In this document: in pieces, positions 51,368 to 60,522 of the stretch | How positions within the stretch are numbered: position 1 is the first letter of the stretch | How the letters are laid out: every line of letters starts with the position of its first letter | Made by a program: the position numbers and the translations under genes | The notes under the pieces: model-generated | The model's input: the letters and a program-made list of their open reading frames with translations, nothing else | Told to the model about the DNA's origin: nothing | The model's database searches: none | Assembly: GCA_964624885.1 (NCBI GenBank) | Contig: CAZUZY010000003.1 | Location: forward strand, 2,891-66,890 | Direction: 5' to 3' | Source of the DNA: an uncultured Polyangiales bacterium | GTDB lineage: Bacteria; Myxococcota_A; Polyangia; Polyangiales; JADJMO01 | DNA length: 64,000 nucleotides

Positions 51368-52303
51368 ATGCGTCGCCCCCAGCTCGCTCTGTCGATCGTA
51401 GCGCTCGCCGGCCTCTGGCTCTCCACCGGCTGCACGCCGACCTCGGCCTACCGGTACTCGGGCATGGTCCCCGCGGCCCGCCCCATCGCGTTCGACGGTC
51501 GCACCGCCGAGAAAGGCACGGCGCGCATCGAGGGCACGCTCACCCACGAGAACGTCGTCACCAACGACCTCCCCGTGCTGCACGACTCGGCGATCCACGT
51601 CCCGGAGACGACCGTCGAGGGCGCGCTGACCTACGCCGTCCACGACCACGTCGAGCTCGGTGCCCGCCTGTCGTACGCGCACTACGCCTGGACCCGACCG
51701 TCCTCCCTCGGGGCGCCGCCGCTGCCCGACCGGCCCGCGCAGATCGGGGTCGGGCCCGAGCTGCGGCTCGCCTTCCCGCTCGATCGCGGCAAGCGCTGGG
51801 TGTTCGGCGCCGCGTTCGACCTCCTGCACTACACGCTGCCGACGGCGGAGTGGGAGCTGACGTCCAGCTGCACGACCAGCCCCAAGTGCTACGTCGAGAC
51901 CCACAGCTTCGACGGCGCGCCTCGCTACTATGCGTTCCGCCAGCAGACCAACGAGTCGGTCTGGCTCGCGAACGTGTCGATGCTCCTCTCGTACGCGTTC
52001 GGCCCGCGCTCCGAGTTCGGTCACCTCTTCGCCGGCCTCGCGTTCCACCCGACGTTCACCAACGACGGCTTCACGGACGTCGCCACCGCCAAGGGGCAGG
52101 TCGAGCAGAAGGGCTGGCTGCCGATCGCGGTCGCCGGCTACGGGGTCCGCCTCTCCCCCGCGCGCCTCTCGGCGAGCCTGTTCCTGCCGATGGGCGGCGA
52201 CTCGACGACGATCCGCTACGGGCTCGGAGGGCAGCTCACCCTCGGCTTCGAGTTCGGTGGGAAGCACGACGAGGAGCCGAACGCAGTGTTCGGCAAGCTC
52301 TGA
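51368..52303 (+). CDS. Outer-membrane beta-barrel-like lipoprotein
   Basis: ATG 51368 gives MRRPQLALSIVALAGLWLSTGC. Amphipathic strands alternate: VEGALTYAV, LGARLSYAHY, WVFGAAFDLLHY, LTLGFEFGG. Confidence 0.7.
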   Translation: MRRPQLALSIVALAGLWLSTGCTPTSAYRYSGMVPAARPIAFDGRTAEKGTARIEGTLTHENVVTNDLPVLHDSAIHVPETTVEGALTYAVHDHVELGARLSYAHYAWTRPSSLGAPPLPDRPAQIGVGPELRLAFPLDRGKRWVFGAAFDLLHYTLPTAEWELTSSCTTSPKCYVETHSFDGAPRYYAFRQQTNESVWLANVSMLLSYAFGPRSEFGHLFAGLAFHPTFTNDGFTDVATAKGQVEQKGWLPIAVAGYGVRLSPARLSASLFLPMGGDSTTIRYGLGGQLTLGFEFGGKHDEEPNAVFGKL

Positions 52304-52948
52304 TCAGGGCCGCGGACCGCACAGCGAGAGCAACGCCACCTCCACCACCGCGCCGTCGTCCCTCTTCACCCGCGCCCACGCGCGCCGGCCTGCGCGGGTG
52401 CCGTACACCTCCGTCACCGTGCCCTCCGCGGTGACCATCGACTTGCGGAACACGCGCACCCGCGCGCCGACCACCGCCGTGGGCGTCACCTCGCGCAGCG
52501 GCGCCGAGCTCGCGGCGAGGGCACGCAGCGCAGGCACCAGCGCCTCCGGGTGGTCGTCGCCCGTGCGCAACGAGCTCCCGTCGCGCTCGACGAGGCACGC
52601 GCCCTCCGCGGTGCCCACCACCACGTAGGTGCCCGTCGCGGGCACGTGCAGCGCGTGGAGTCCCACCACGATCCCCGCCGGGACGCCCGCGACCACCAGC
52701 GTCATCGGCACGAGCCGCACCGCGAGCCCCACCACGCCGTACCGCTGCGGGTCCGCGCGGAACGCGCGCGCGACGCGCTGGAACCCGAACAGGAACGCGG
52801 GCAGGGGAATCAACGCGAGCGCCGTCGCGACGAGGCCCTCGTGGCCGGCGCTCCGCACCCCGGCCACCGCCACCGCGAGGAACGGCAGGCAGAGCAGCAC
52901 GAAGAACCCCTGGAGGAGCCGCTCCGGTCGCTGGATCGTCCGCGCCAC
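52304..52948 (-). CDS. Membrane protein, hypothetical
   Basis: GTG 52948, 214 aa. There are 3-4 hydrophobic helices (FFVLLCLPFLAVAVAG, ALALIPLPAFLFGF, MTLVVAGVPAGIVVGL), then a soluble C-terminal beta-rich domain. Confidence 0.65.
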   Translation of the reverse strand: MARTIQRPERLLQGFFVLLCLPFLAVAVAGVRSAGHEGLVATALALIPLPAFLFGFQRVARAFRADPQRYGVVGLAVRLVPMTLVVAGVPAGIVVGLHALHVPATGTYVVVGTAEGACLVERDGSSLRTGDDHPEALVPALRALAASSAPLREVTPTAVVGARVRVFRKSMVTAEGTVTEVYGTRAGRRAWARVKRDDGAVVEVALLSLCGPRP

Positions 52949-52993
52949 GCGCGCCGGTTACCAGCAAAGCGCGCGGCCTGCTACGCCTCGCGC

Positions 52994-53596
52994 GTGGGCG
53001 TGGTCTTCCGCGAGCTCGTCACGGCGCCGCTGCCGCGGATCGTGCCCGAGCACGTGTTCGACGCCTTCGGCTGGTGCGCGAGCGACATCCTCCGCTGGGG
53101 CCGGCCCGAGCACGCGTGGGACCCGGAGACGCCCGTCGACGGCAGCGACCCGGCGCGCATGGTGTTCGTGATGCACGCGCCGGTCGACTGGCTGCCAAAC
53201 GAGCTCGCCGCGCTGCACGCGTTCGGCATGGACCTCGGCGAGGCGCGCGCGCTCGCGCCCTACGCGATCGACGACGCGACCGACGGGCTCTACGAGCGCA
53301 AGGTGCGGCCGCGGGACCTCCTGTGGCTCGCGGCCGACAACCTCAACGCGCTGTTCTGGGGCCTCCACGACTGGGCGCACTTCCACAACCACGGGCCGTT
53401 CGAGGCGCGGGCGTGGACCGAGCGCCAGTGCGACACGGCCGCCTACCACTGGCTGGCGGCCAACGCGGTGGTCGACGCCGCGCGGCTCGCCCGCCTGCGC
53501 GAGGAGCTCGACGCGCTCGATCGGGGCCGGTTCGCGGCGGAGGGGCTTGGCCAGCCCCCCCTCACGAGGGCCGCCGCCTACGACTCGCCGCGGTAG
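52994..53596 (+). CDS. Hypothetical protein (His/Trp-rich motif HDWAHFHNHGPF)
   Basis: GTG 52994 (alternative 53000). This is the protein-like tail of ORF 52550..53596: VFRELVTAPLPRIVPEHVFDAFGWCASDILRWG...LFWGLHDWAHFHNHGPFEARAW. Confidence 0.55.
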   Translation: MGVVFRELVTAPLPRIVPEHVFDAFGWCASDILRWGRPEHAWDPETPVDGSDPARMVFVMHAPVDWLPNELAALHAFGMDLGEARALAPYAIDDATDGLYERKVRPRDLLWLAADNLNALFWGLHDWAHFHNHGPFEARAWTERQCDTAAYHWLAANAVVDAARLARLREELDALDRGRFAAEGLGQPPLTRAAAYDSPR

Positions 53597-53922
53597 GCGC
53601 GCTCGACCGCGTCGGGGTCGGCGCCGAGGATCCACCGCATCGTGCCGCCGCGCTGCACGAGCGTGAGCGGGATGCCGTTGGTGCCCGAGGCCTTCTTGGC
53701 CATCGCGTAGGCCTGCGGGTTCTGGTCGACGTCGACCTCCTCGAAGGGGATCTTGCGGGCCTTGAGGGCCGCCTCGAGCACCTTGCACGGCTGGCACCAG
53801 CTGGCGCCGTAGACGGTGACGAGGGCCTCGACGTCGTCGGCCTGCGACCGCCGGGTCGCGACCAGGAACGCGACGGCACCGGCGGAGAGGACGAGCTGGC
53901 CCAGGAAGCGGCGACGGGTCAC
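53578..53922 (-). CDS. Glutaredoxin/thioredoxin-like protein with twin-arginine signal
   Basis: GTG 53922 gives VTRRRFLGQLVLSAGAVAFLVATRRSQA (T-R-R-x-F-L Tat motif). This is followed by VTVYGASWCQPCKVLEAALKARKIPFEEVDVD, a CxxC glutaredoxin-like fold. Confidence 0.65.
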   Translation of the reverse strand: MTRRRFLGQLVLSAGAVAFLVATRRSQADDVEALVTVYGASWCQPCKVLEAALKARKIPFEEVDVDQNPQAYAMAKKASGTNGIPLTLVQRGGTMRWILGADPDAVERAYRGES

Positions 53923-53973
53923 CGAGAGAGCGTAGCGCACCCGGCGCCCCGATCCAGCATCCCAGGGGAAGCC

Positions 53974-55170
53974 GTGTCGCCGTTCCTCCTCGTCCCCGCC
54001 TCCGTCGTCGCCTGGCTCGGCGTCGTCGCCACCGCCTATCGCCTGCGCGGCCGGCTCTACGCCACGTTCGCCTTCGTGCTGCTCGGCCTCCACACGGCGC
54101 TCTCGGCGGCCATGTTGCCTGCGTTCGCCCGCTTCTGGCCGGCGTTCGCCTACCTGCAGCTCGCCACCTACCTGCACTTCGTGTTCCTCGTGCACCCGCG
54201 GATGCGCGGCTTCGCCTACCGGGCGCTCGTGTCGATGCCCGCCTCGTTCTTCGTCGCGGGCACGTTCCTCGCGCTTCCGTGGGCGCTGCTCGCGGCCCTC
54301 GGCGTGCGGCTGCCCTGGCCGTGGCTGCCCTATGCGCTCGCCGTGGTGGGGCTCTGGCAGTCGCTCTTCGCCTTCGAGAGCGAGCACGATCTCACCCTCG
54401 ACGGCGAGGTCGTCGACGACGTGCAGCCGATCCCCCACGGCACCCTTCGCGTCGACCGCCCCCTGCGCGTGGTGCAGATCAGCGACCCGCACCTCGGCCC
54501 GTTCATGTCGGTGAAGAAGCTCGCGGCCATCTGCGCGCGCGCCGTCGCCCGCGACCCCGACCTCGTGCTCCTCACCGGCGACTTCCTCACCATGGAGTCG
54601 CAGAGCGACCCGCGCCTCCTGCACGACGCGCTCGCGCCGCTCGCCGCCCTGCGCGGCAGGGTGTTCGCGTGCTTCGGCAACCACGACCACGAGGCGCCCG
54701 AGATCGTCCGCGCCGCGCTCGCCGCGCACGGGATCGTCCTCCTCGTGGACGACAGCGCCGTCGTCGACACGCCGGTCGGCAAGCTGCAGATCGTCGGCAT
54801 GGATTTCACGTTCCGCGACCGCGAGGCCCGGCTCCGCGCGGCGTGCCGGCGTCACCCGCGCATCCCCGGGGTGCCGCGCCTCGTGATGCTCCACGACCCG
54901 GGCGCGATCCACGCGCTGCCCGAGGGCGAGGGCGACCTCGTGTTCTCGGGGCACACGCACGGCGGGCAGGTCGGTCTGCTCTCGCTCGGCCTCTCGTGGA
55001 CCTTCCTCCGCCTGTTCGGCAACCGCATGCCCGACCACGGGTTCTGGGGCCGCGGGCGCGACCGCCTCTGGGTGCACCGCGGCACCGGGCACTACGGCTT
55101 CCCGCTCCGTCTCGGCGTGCCGGCCGAGCAGAGCCTGCTGCGGGTGCACTTCCCGAAGCCGGCGGGCTAG
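53974..55170 (+). CDS. Membrane-anchored metallophosphoesterase (YaeI/YkuE-like)
   Basis: GTG 53974 follows AGGGGAA. About 5 N-terminal TM helices are followed by VVQISDPHLG, LTGDFL, CFGNHDHE, MLHDP and GHTHGGQ motifs. Confidence 0.88.
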   Translation: MSPFLLVPASVVAWLGVVATAYRLRGRLYATFAFVLLGLHTALSAAMLPAFARFWPAFAYLQLATYLHFVFLVHPRMRGFAYRALVSMPASFFVAGTFLALPWALLAALGVRLPWPWLPYALAVVGLWQSLFAFESEHDLTLDGEVVDDVQPIPHGTLRVDRPLRVVQISDPHLGPFMSVKKLAAICARAVARDPDLVLLTGDFLTMESQSDPRLLHDALAPLAALRGRVFACFGNHDHEAPEIVRAALAAHGIVLLVDDSAVVDTPVGKLQIVGMDFTFRDREARLRAACRRHPRIPGVPRLVMLHDPGAIHALPEGEGDLVFSGHTHGGQVGLLSLGLSWTFLRLFGNRMPDHGFWGRGRDRLWVHRGTGHYGFPLRLGVPAEQSLLRVHFPKPAG

Positions 55171-55184
55171 GGCTGTACGACGCC

Positions 55185-56213
55185 ATGCGCGTCGGCATCC
55201 TCGGGTACGGCAGGTTCGGCGCCGCCTTCGCGCGCATCGTGGAGGCTGCGGGCGGCCGCGTGCGCGTGCACGACCCGCACGTCGAGGTGCCCGCTGCGAT
55301 CTCCGCCCCGCTCGTCGAGGCGTGCGCCGCCGAGATCGTCGTGGTGGCGGTGCCGGTCTCCGAGGTGCGCGTGGTGGTCGAGGCGCTGCGTCCGCACCTC
55401 GCGCCGAGCACCCTCGTGCTCGACGTCGCCAGCGTGAAGGTGCTGCCGGAACAGGCGCTGCGGGCCGTGCTCGGCGCCGAGATTCCCTGGGTCGCGACCC
55501 ACCCGCTGTTCGGCCCGGTGAGCCTCGCGCGCGGCGAGCCGCTGCGGGTCGTCGTGTGCCCGAACGACCTGCACCCCGGCGCGGCGGAGCGCGCGAAGGC
55601 GTTCTACGAGCGGCTCGGGTGCGCGGTGCTGCTCGAGGGCGCCGAGGCCCACGACCGAGCGATGGCCGAGACCCACGCCGTCGCGTTCTTCGTCGCCAAG
55701 GGCATCGTCGACGCCGGGCTCGCGGCCAACGTGCCGTTCGCGCCGCCCTCGTTCCAGGCGCTCGAACGCACCGTCGAGGTGGTGCGCGCGGACGCGGGGC
55801 ACCTGTTCTCGGCGATCCAGCGCGAGAATCCGTTCGCCGCCGCGGCGCGTGCGCGTCTGCTCGAGGCGCTCGCCGAGGTGGACCGCACGCTGCCCGCGTT
55901 CGAGGAGCCGGCGCCCACCCAGCCCCGCGAGACGCCGCCCGCCCTCGTCGAGACGCGCGCAGCGATCGACGACCTCGACCGCGAGCTCGTGGCGCTCCTG
56001 GCGCGCCGCGCGGAGCTCTCCCGCCGGGCCCTCGCGGCGAAGGCGGCGGTCGGTGCGGGCACGCACGATCCGGAGCGCGAGGCCCGCCTGCTCGAGGCGC
56101 GCGCGGCGTGGGGCGAGGCGCTCGGGCTCGCCGCGGCCGACGTGGACGACGTGTTCCGCGCGGTCCTGCGCTTCTCGAAGCGAGTGCAGGGCAAGGCCGG
56201 CGGGAGCCCGTGA
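55185..56213 (+). CDS. tyrA: Prephenate dehydrogenase with C-terminal chorismate mutase (AroQ) domain
   Basis: MRVGILGYGRFGAAFARIV (Rossmann fold), then DVASVK, HPLFGP and AEAHDRAMAETHAVAFF. The C-terminal ~90 aa (RAAIDDLDRELVALLARRAELSRRALAAK...PEREARLLE...VFRAVLRFSKRVQ) show the AroQ pattern. Confidence 0.85.
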   Translation: MRVGILGYGRFGAAFARIVEAAGGRVRVHDPHVEVPAAISAPLVEACAAEIVVVAVPVSEVRVVVEALRPHLAPSTLVLDVASVKVLPEQALRAVLGAEIPWVATHPLFGPVSLARGEPLRVVVCPNDLHPGAAERAKAFYERLGCAVLLEGAEAHDRAMAETHAVAFFVAKGIVDAGLAANVPFAPPSFQALERTVEVVRADAGHLFSAIQRENPFAAAARARLLEALAEVDRTLPAFEEPAPTQPRETPPALVETRAAIDDLDRELVALLARRAELSRRALAAKAAVGAGTHDPEREARLLEARAAWGEALGLAAADVDDVFRAVLRFSKRVQGKAGGSP

Positions 56214-56227
56214 TAGGCTCCCGCGCC

Positions 56228-56488
56228 ATGCTCGTCATGTTCATCGTCTACGTCGCGCCCGGCCAGAACCCCGCCCTCCTCCTCACCGAGGAGACGCTGA
56301 AGGACACCCAGGCCCAGGTGATGACCACCGACCAGGCGCGCAAGGTCGGCTTCGAGGGGCTGCCCGCGGAGCTCGGCGCCGACGTGCGCGTGATCGTGGT
56401 GAACAACCGCGACAAGGGCCGCATCCTCAACAACCTCGAGGCAAGCCCGGCGGCGGCGCGCTTCTCGGTCCACGACATCGACGCCTGA
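56228..56488 (+). CDS. Small hypothetical protein (86 aa)
   Basis: ATG 56228, MLVMFIVYVAPGQNPALLLTEETLKDTQAQVMTTDQARKVGF.... Protein-like tail of ORF 55322..56488, starting 15 nt after the tyrA stop. Confidence 0.55.
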   Translation: MLVMFIVYVAPGQNPALLLTEETLKDTQAQVMTTDQARKVGFEGLPAELGADVRVIVVNNRDKGRILNNLEASPAAARFSVHDIDA

Positions 56489-56538
56489 TCACCGCCTCGC
56501 TGGCCTGACATCGTTGCTGGGCGCCCCCCTCCAGGCGC

Positions 56539-56970
56539 TTACAGGTACGCCCGCGGGTCAATCGGCTTCGGAGAGCAAGACAGGACCGAGATGGACGGTG
56601 ACGTGCTCGGTGCATAGTCGGCCGCCAGTGGGGTCAGTCTTGGTATCCAGCTGCCTCGCCGGGTCAGTTTGAACGCACGGAGTGCCGTCCACTCCTCGCG
56701 GGGCGCGAAGTTCGCCACGACGGCAGCGATGCAGCTCTCGTCGTGATCGACGCTGATGCACCCCTGAGAAGTGTCGAGCACGATTCCTCGACCAGACAAT
56801 CGCAAGACGATGTGGCTGTCCCAAGGACTGCGTCTTGGGACACAATCGCCGAGGCTCGAGGCCAGTCGCTCCAAGTCCGACCGCTGGTCGGTGGGGCGAC
56901 AGCCGTGCAGCAGCAACGCGCACGTCGCCAGACCCGCGCAGATCAGCTTCGCCGGGGGCCTGAGCATCAC
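56539..56970 (-). CDS. Putative lipoprotein, orphan
   Basis: MMLRPPAKLICAGLATCALLLHGC (lipobox-like), 143 aa. GC is somewhat lower (39/60 in each of two hand-counted windows, 56581-56700). No homolog recognised. Confidence 0.5.
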   Translation of the reverse strand: MMLRPPAKLICAGLATCALLLHGCRPTDQRSDLERLASSLGDCVPRRSPWDSHIVLRLSGRGIVLDTSQGCISVDHDESCIAAVVANFAPREEWTALRAFKLTRRGSWIPRLTPLAADYAPSTSPSISVLSCSPKPIDPRAYL

Positions 56971-57096
56971 TACCCGTCTCTAGGCTACGCGTCCCCACCC
57001 ACCCGGTCGACCCGGAGCGTGAGGGCCGGGGCCCTCACACTCGCAGCTTGGGGAGCAGACGATGGAGTCGATGATGTCGTGAGGTATGCTGTCCGT

Positions 57097-57342
57097 GTGG
57101 ACGACACCTCGCCCGAAGCGAAGGCGCGCTACATCGAGCTGCTGCGGGCGATGACGTTGGAAGAGCGTGCCGAGCAGGTCGTGCTGCTGTCGCGGGCCGT
57201 GCGTGCTCTGTGCGTGGCGGGGGTGCGTGCGCGTCACCCGCTCGCGAACGAGCTCGAGGTCAAGGCACGCGTGGCCGCCATCACGTATGGACGCGAGGTC
57301 GCGACGCGGCTGTTCCCTGCGGTCGTGATCGACGACCTTTGA
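57097..57342 (+). CDS. Orphan paralog of the 74-aa NTase-partner protein
   Basis: GTG 57097 (alternative 57079) gives VDDTSPEAKARYIELLRAMTLEERAEQVVLLSRAVRALCVAGVRARHPLANELEVKARVAAITYGREVA. It aligns by eye with MPSDTTEAARRAQLAVWRRLGPEGR...ERRRHPELSETEARRRVLQRGWDAELA. No NTase gene follows. Confidence 0.5.
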   Translation: MDDTSPEAKARYIELLRAMTLEERAEQVVLLSRAVRALCVAGVRARHPLANELEVKARVAAITYGREVATRLFPAVVIDDL

Positions 57343-57457
57343 GGCGCGCGCCCGCACGACGGCCCATCCCCTCTAGCCCATCGTTGCCCCCACGCAACAA
57401 TCTGTTCCCACGCCCCGCCGGTGGCAATTGCTGCCGTTTCGACTATGGTCGCCCGCC

Positions 57458-58021
57458 ATGCGCGCGCCCCTCCTCCTCTCCTCGACCCTCGTCATCGGCC
57501 TCTTCGTCGCGTGTGGCGGCGGAAACCCCGACCCCAAGACCGCCGGCCCCGAGGGCTCCACGTCGGCCTCCGCGTCGTCCGCGGCCCCCGTCGCCTCGTC
57601 GGCCGAGCCCGTCGCCTCCACCAGCGCGGTCGCGTCCGTCGCGCCGAGCGCCTCCGCCACCGCCCCCAAGTGGGACGGCATGGGCAAGGAGGAGCGCATC
57701 AACGTGATGAAGACGATGGTGATGCCCAAGATGGGCGAGCTCTTCAAGGCCCACGACGGCAAGAAGTTCAAGGAGATCACCTGCAAGACCTGCCACGGCC
57801 CCGGCGCCAAGGACGGCAACTTCAAGATGCCGAACGCGGGCCTGCCCAAGCTGAACGCCAAGGACGGCTTCAAGAAGCACATGGACAAGGCGCACGCCGA
57901 CATCACCAAGTTCATGATGACCAAGGTCGTCCCCGAGATGGCCGGCATCCTCGGCAAGCCCGTCTACGATCCCGCCACGCACACCGGCTTCGGCTGCGGC
58001 GGCTGTCACGTCATGGAGTGA
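57458..58021 (+). CDS. c-type cytochrome lipoprotein (two CxxCH motifs)
   Basis: ATG 57458 gives MRAPLLLSSTLVIGLFVACGG. After a Ser/Ala linker come CKTCH and, at the C-terminus, CGGCH haem-binding motifs. Confidence 0.75.
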   Translation: MRAPLLLSSTLVIGLFVACGGGNPDPKTAGPEGSTSASASSAAPVASSAEPVASTSAVASVAPSASATAPKWDGMGKEERINVMKTMVMPKMGELFKAHDGKKFKEITCKTCHGPGAKDGNFKMPNAGLPKLNAKDGFKKHMDKAHADITKFMMTKVVPEMAGILGKPVYDPATHTGFGCGGCHVME

Positions 58022-58168
58022 TCCGGTCTCCCGGATTCACGCGGCCGCCCCTCCGGGAGCGGCCGCGGCTCGTTTTGTCTCCGTCCCGTCGCTGGCCGAA
58101 TGGGCTTTGTCGCTCCCGGACCGTCCCAGTCCGGTCCTCCGCTCCGAAATCCGTTAGCGTCCCGGGCC

Positions 58169-60427
58169 ATGGCTCCCCGGCACTCCCTCTCGCGCCTCGG
58201 CCTCGTGTCCCTGCTCGCCCTCGCGGCGTGTGGCCCGGAAGGTCCCGAGCCCGCCGTCGGCGGCCAGGTGCCCGCGGCCTCGTCGTCGGTCGTCACCTCG
58301 CCCGGACCGACCACGCCGGTGCCCGAGCCCCCCGAGAAGCACGGCCCCGCGCTCGCCGCGAAGAAGCCGGTCAGCGAGACCTACCACGGGCTCGTGCTCG
58401 TCGACGACTACCGGTGGCTCGAGGACGGCAAGGCCCCCGAGGTGCGCGCGTTCAGCGACGCGCGCAACGCCTTCACGCACGCCAAGCTCGACGCGTTCCC
58501 CGGGCGCAAGAAGCTCGAGGCGCGGCTCACCGAGCTGCTCTCGTCGGCGTCGGCCGATCACTTCTGGCTCCAGCGCGTCGGCGGCAAGCTGTTCGCGCTC
58601 GAGGAGCAGCCGCCGAAGCAGCAGCCCGTGCTGGTGGTGATGGCCGACGAGAACGGCGCCGCCAAGGAGCAGGTGATCCTCGATCCCAACGCGCTCGACG
58701 GCGGCAAGGGCGGCACCACCATCGACTGGTGGGAGCCCTCGCCCGACGGCAAGCGCGTCGCGGTCTCGCTCTCCAAGGGCGGCTCCGAGAGCGGTGACCT
58801 GCGTATCTACGACGTCGCCACCGGCAAGGAGCTCGAGGCCGAGCGCATCGCGCGCGTGCACGGCGGCACCGCCGGCGGCAGCCTCACGTGGCGCAAGGAC
58901 GGCAAGGCGTTCTGGTACACGCGCTACCCGCGCGAGGGCGAGCGCCCGAAGGAGGACCTCGACTTCTACCAGGAGGTCTGGTTCCACGAGCTCGGCAAGC
59001 CGGGCGACTTCAAGTCGGTCACGAGCGCCCTGCCGCGCATCGCCGAGTGCGAGCTGCAGGGCACGAGCGAGGACGGCCGCTTCGTTCTGCTCGAGGTCAA
59101 GAACGGCGACGGCGGCGAGGCCGCGTTCCACCTGCTCGACACCCAGGCCGTCAAGAACGACAAGGGCAAGGTCACCCACCCCTGGGTCGAGGTGGCCGCG
59201 TTCGCCGACCGCGCGGTGGGTGGCGTGCTCGGCAAGGACGGCGGTCTCTGGCTGCGCTCGCTCAAGGACGCGCCGCGCGGCAAGCTCTTGCGCCTCGACC
59301 CGAAGAAGCCCGAGCTCGCCAAGGCCAAGGTCGTGGTCCCCGAGTCCGACGCGGTCATCCAGGGCTTCCGCGTGCAGAAGTCCAAGCTCTACGTGCTCGA
59401 TCTGGTCGGCGGCCCGAACCGCGTGCGCGTGCTCGACCACCAGGGCAAGGGGCAGGGCGAGCTCGCACTGCCCGACATCGCCTCGGTGCGTGGCCTCGTC
59501 GCGCTCGAGGGAGACGACCTGCTGGTCCGCGTGCAGACCTACACCGCCCCGCCCGCCTGGTGGCGCACCAAGAAGGGCAAGCTCGAGAAGACCCCGCTCG
59601 CCAAGACCACCAAGGCCGACTTCGGCGGCGTCGAGGTCACCCGCGAGATGGCCGTCTCCAAGGACGGCGTCACCAAGGTGCCGATCAACCTGCTCCGCAA
59701 GAAGGGCGCGCCGAAGGACGGCAAGCGCCCGACCATCCTCTATGGATATGGAGGTTATGGAGTCTCGCTCACCCCGCGCTTCAACGCGCGGTGGCTGCCG
59801 TGGATCGAGCAAGGCGGCGTGGTCGCCATCGCGAACCTGCGCGGTGGCGGCGAGTTCGGCGACGCCTGGCACGAGGCGGGCAAGCTCGAGAAGAAGCAGA
59901 ACGTGTTCGACGACTTCCTCGCCTGCGCACGCTTCCTCGTCGACCAGAAGTGGACGGCGCCGAAGCTGCTCGCCATCGAGGGCGGGAGCAACGGCGGCCT
60001 CCTGATGGGCGCGGCGATGACCCAGGCGCCCGAGCTGTTCGGCGCCGTGGTCTCGCACGTGGGCATCTACGACATGCTGCGCGTCGAGACGACCCCCAAC
60101 GGCGCGTTCAACGTGACCGAGTTCGGCACGGTGAAGGACAAGAAGCAGTTCGACGCGCTCTACGCGTACTCGCCGTACCACCAGGTGAAGAACGGCGTGA
60201 AGTACCCGCCGGTGCTGTTCCTCACCGGCGAGAACGATCCGCGCGTCGATCCGTACCACTCGCGCAAGATGGCCGCGCGTCTCGAGGCCGCGAGCCCAGC
60301 GAACGTCGTGCTCCTGCGCACGAGCGCGGACACGGGGCACGGCATGGGCACCCCGCTCGCCGCGCAGATCCAGGAGGACGTGGACGTCTACTCGTTCCTC
60401 TTCGCGCAGTTCGGCGTGCAGCCCTGA
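58169..60427 (+). CDS. Prolyl oligopeptidase (S9A) lipoprotein
   Basis: ATG 58169 gives MAPRHSLSRLGLVSLLALAAC. Contains DDYRWLED, a propeller region, GGSNGGLL (nucleophile Ser), GENDPRVDP (Asp) and DTGHG (His). Confidence 0.92.
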   Translation: MAPRHSLSRLGLVSLLALAACGPEGPEPAVGGQVPAASSSVVTSPGPTTPVPEPPEKHGPALAAKKPVSETYHGLVLVDDYRWLEDGKAPEVRAFSDARNAFTHAKLDAFPGRKKLEARLTELLSSASADHFWLQRVGGKLFALEEQPPKQQPVLVVMADENGAAKEQVILDPNALDGGKGGTTIDWWEPSPDGKRVAVSLSKGGSESGDLRIYDVATGKELEAERIARVHGGTAGGSLTWRKDGKAFWYTRYPREGERPKEDLDFYQEVWFHELGKPGDFKSVTSALPRIAECELQGTSEDGRFVLLEVKNGDGGEAAFHLLDTQAVKNDKGKVTHPWVEVAAFADRAVGGVLGKDGGLWLRSLKDAPRGKLLRLDPKKPELAKAKVVVPESDAVIQGFRVQKSKLYVLDLVGGPNRVRVLDHQGKGQGELALPDIASVRGLVALEGDDLLVRVQTYTAPPAWWRTKKGKLEKTPLAKTTKADFGGVEVTREMAVSKDGVTKVPINLLRKKGAPKDGKRPTILYGYGGYGVSLTPRFNARWLPWIEQGGVVAIANLRGGGEFGDAWHEAGKLEKKQNVFDDFLACARFLVDQKWTAPKLLAIEGGSNGGLLMGAAMTQAPELFGAVVSHVGIYDMLRVETTPNGAFNVTEFGTVKDKKQFDALYAYSPYHQVKNGVKYPPVLFLTGENDPRVDPYHSRKMAARLEAASPANVVLLRTSADTGHGMGTPLAAQIQEDVDVYSFLFAQFGVQP

Positions 60428-60522
60428 TCGCGACACCGAGCGCTGGCCACTCCGGAATGTAGGTGCGCGGAGCACGCGTACAAAGTTGGCCGAGTGCGCG
60501 CGCCGGGCGTACCGACGTTCGC

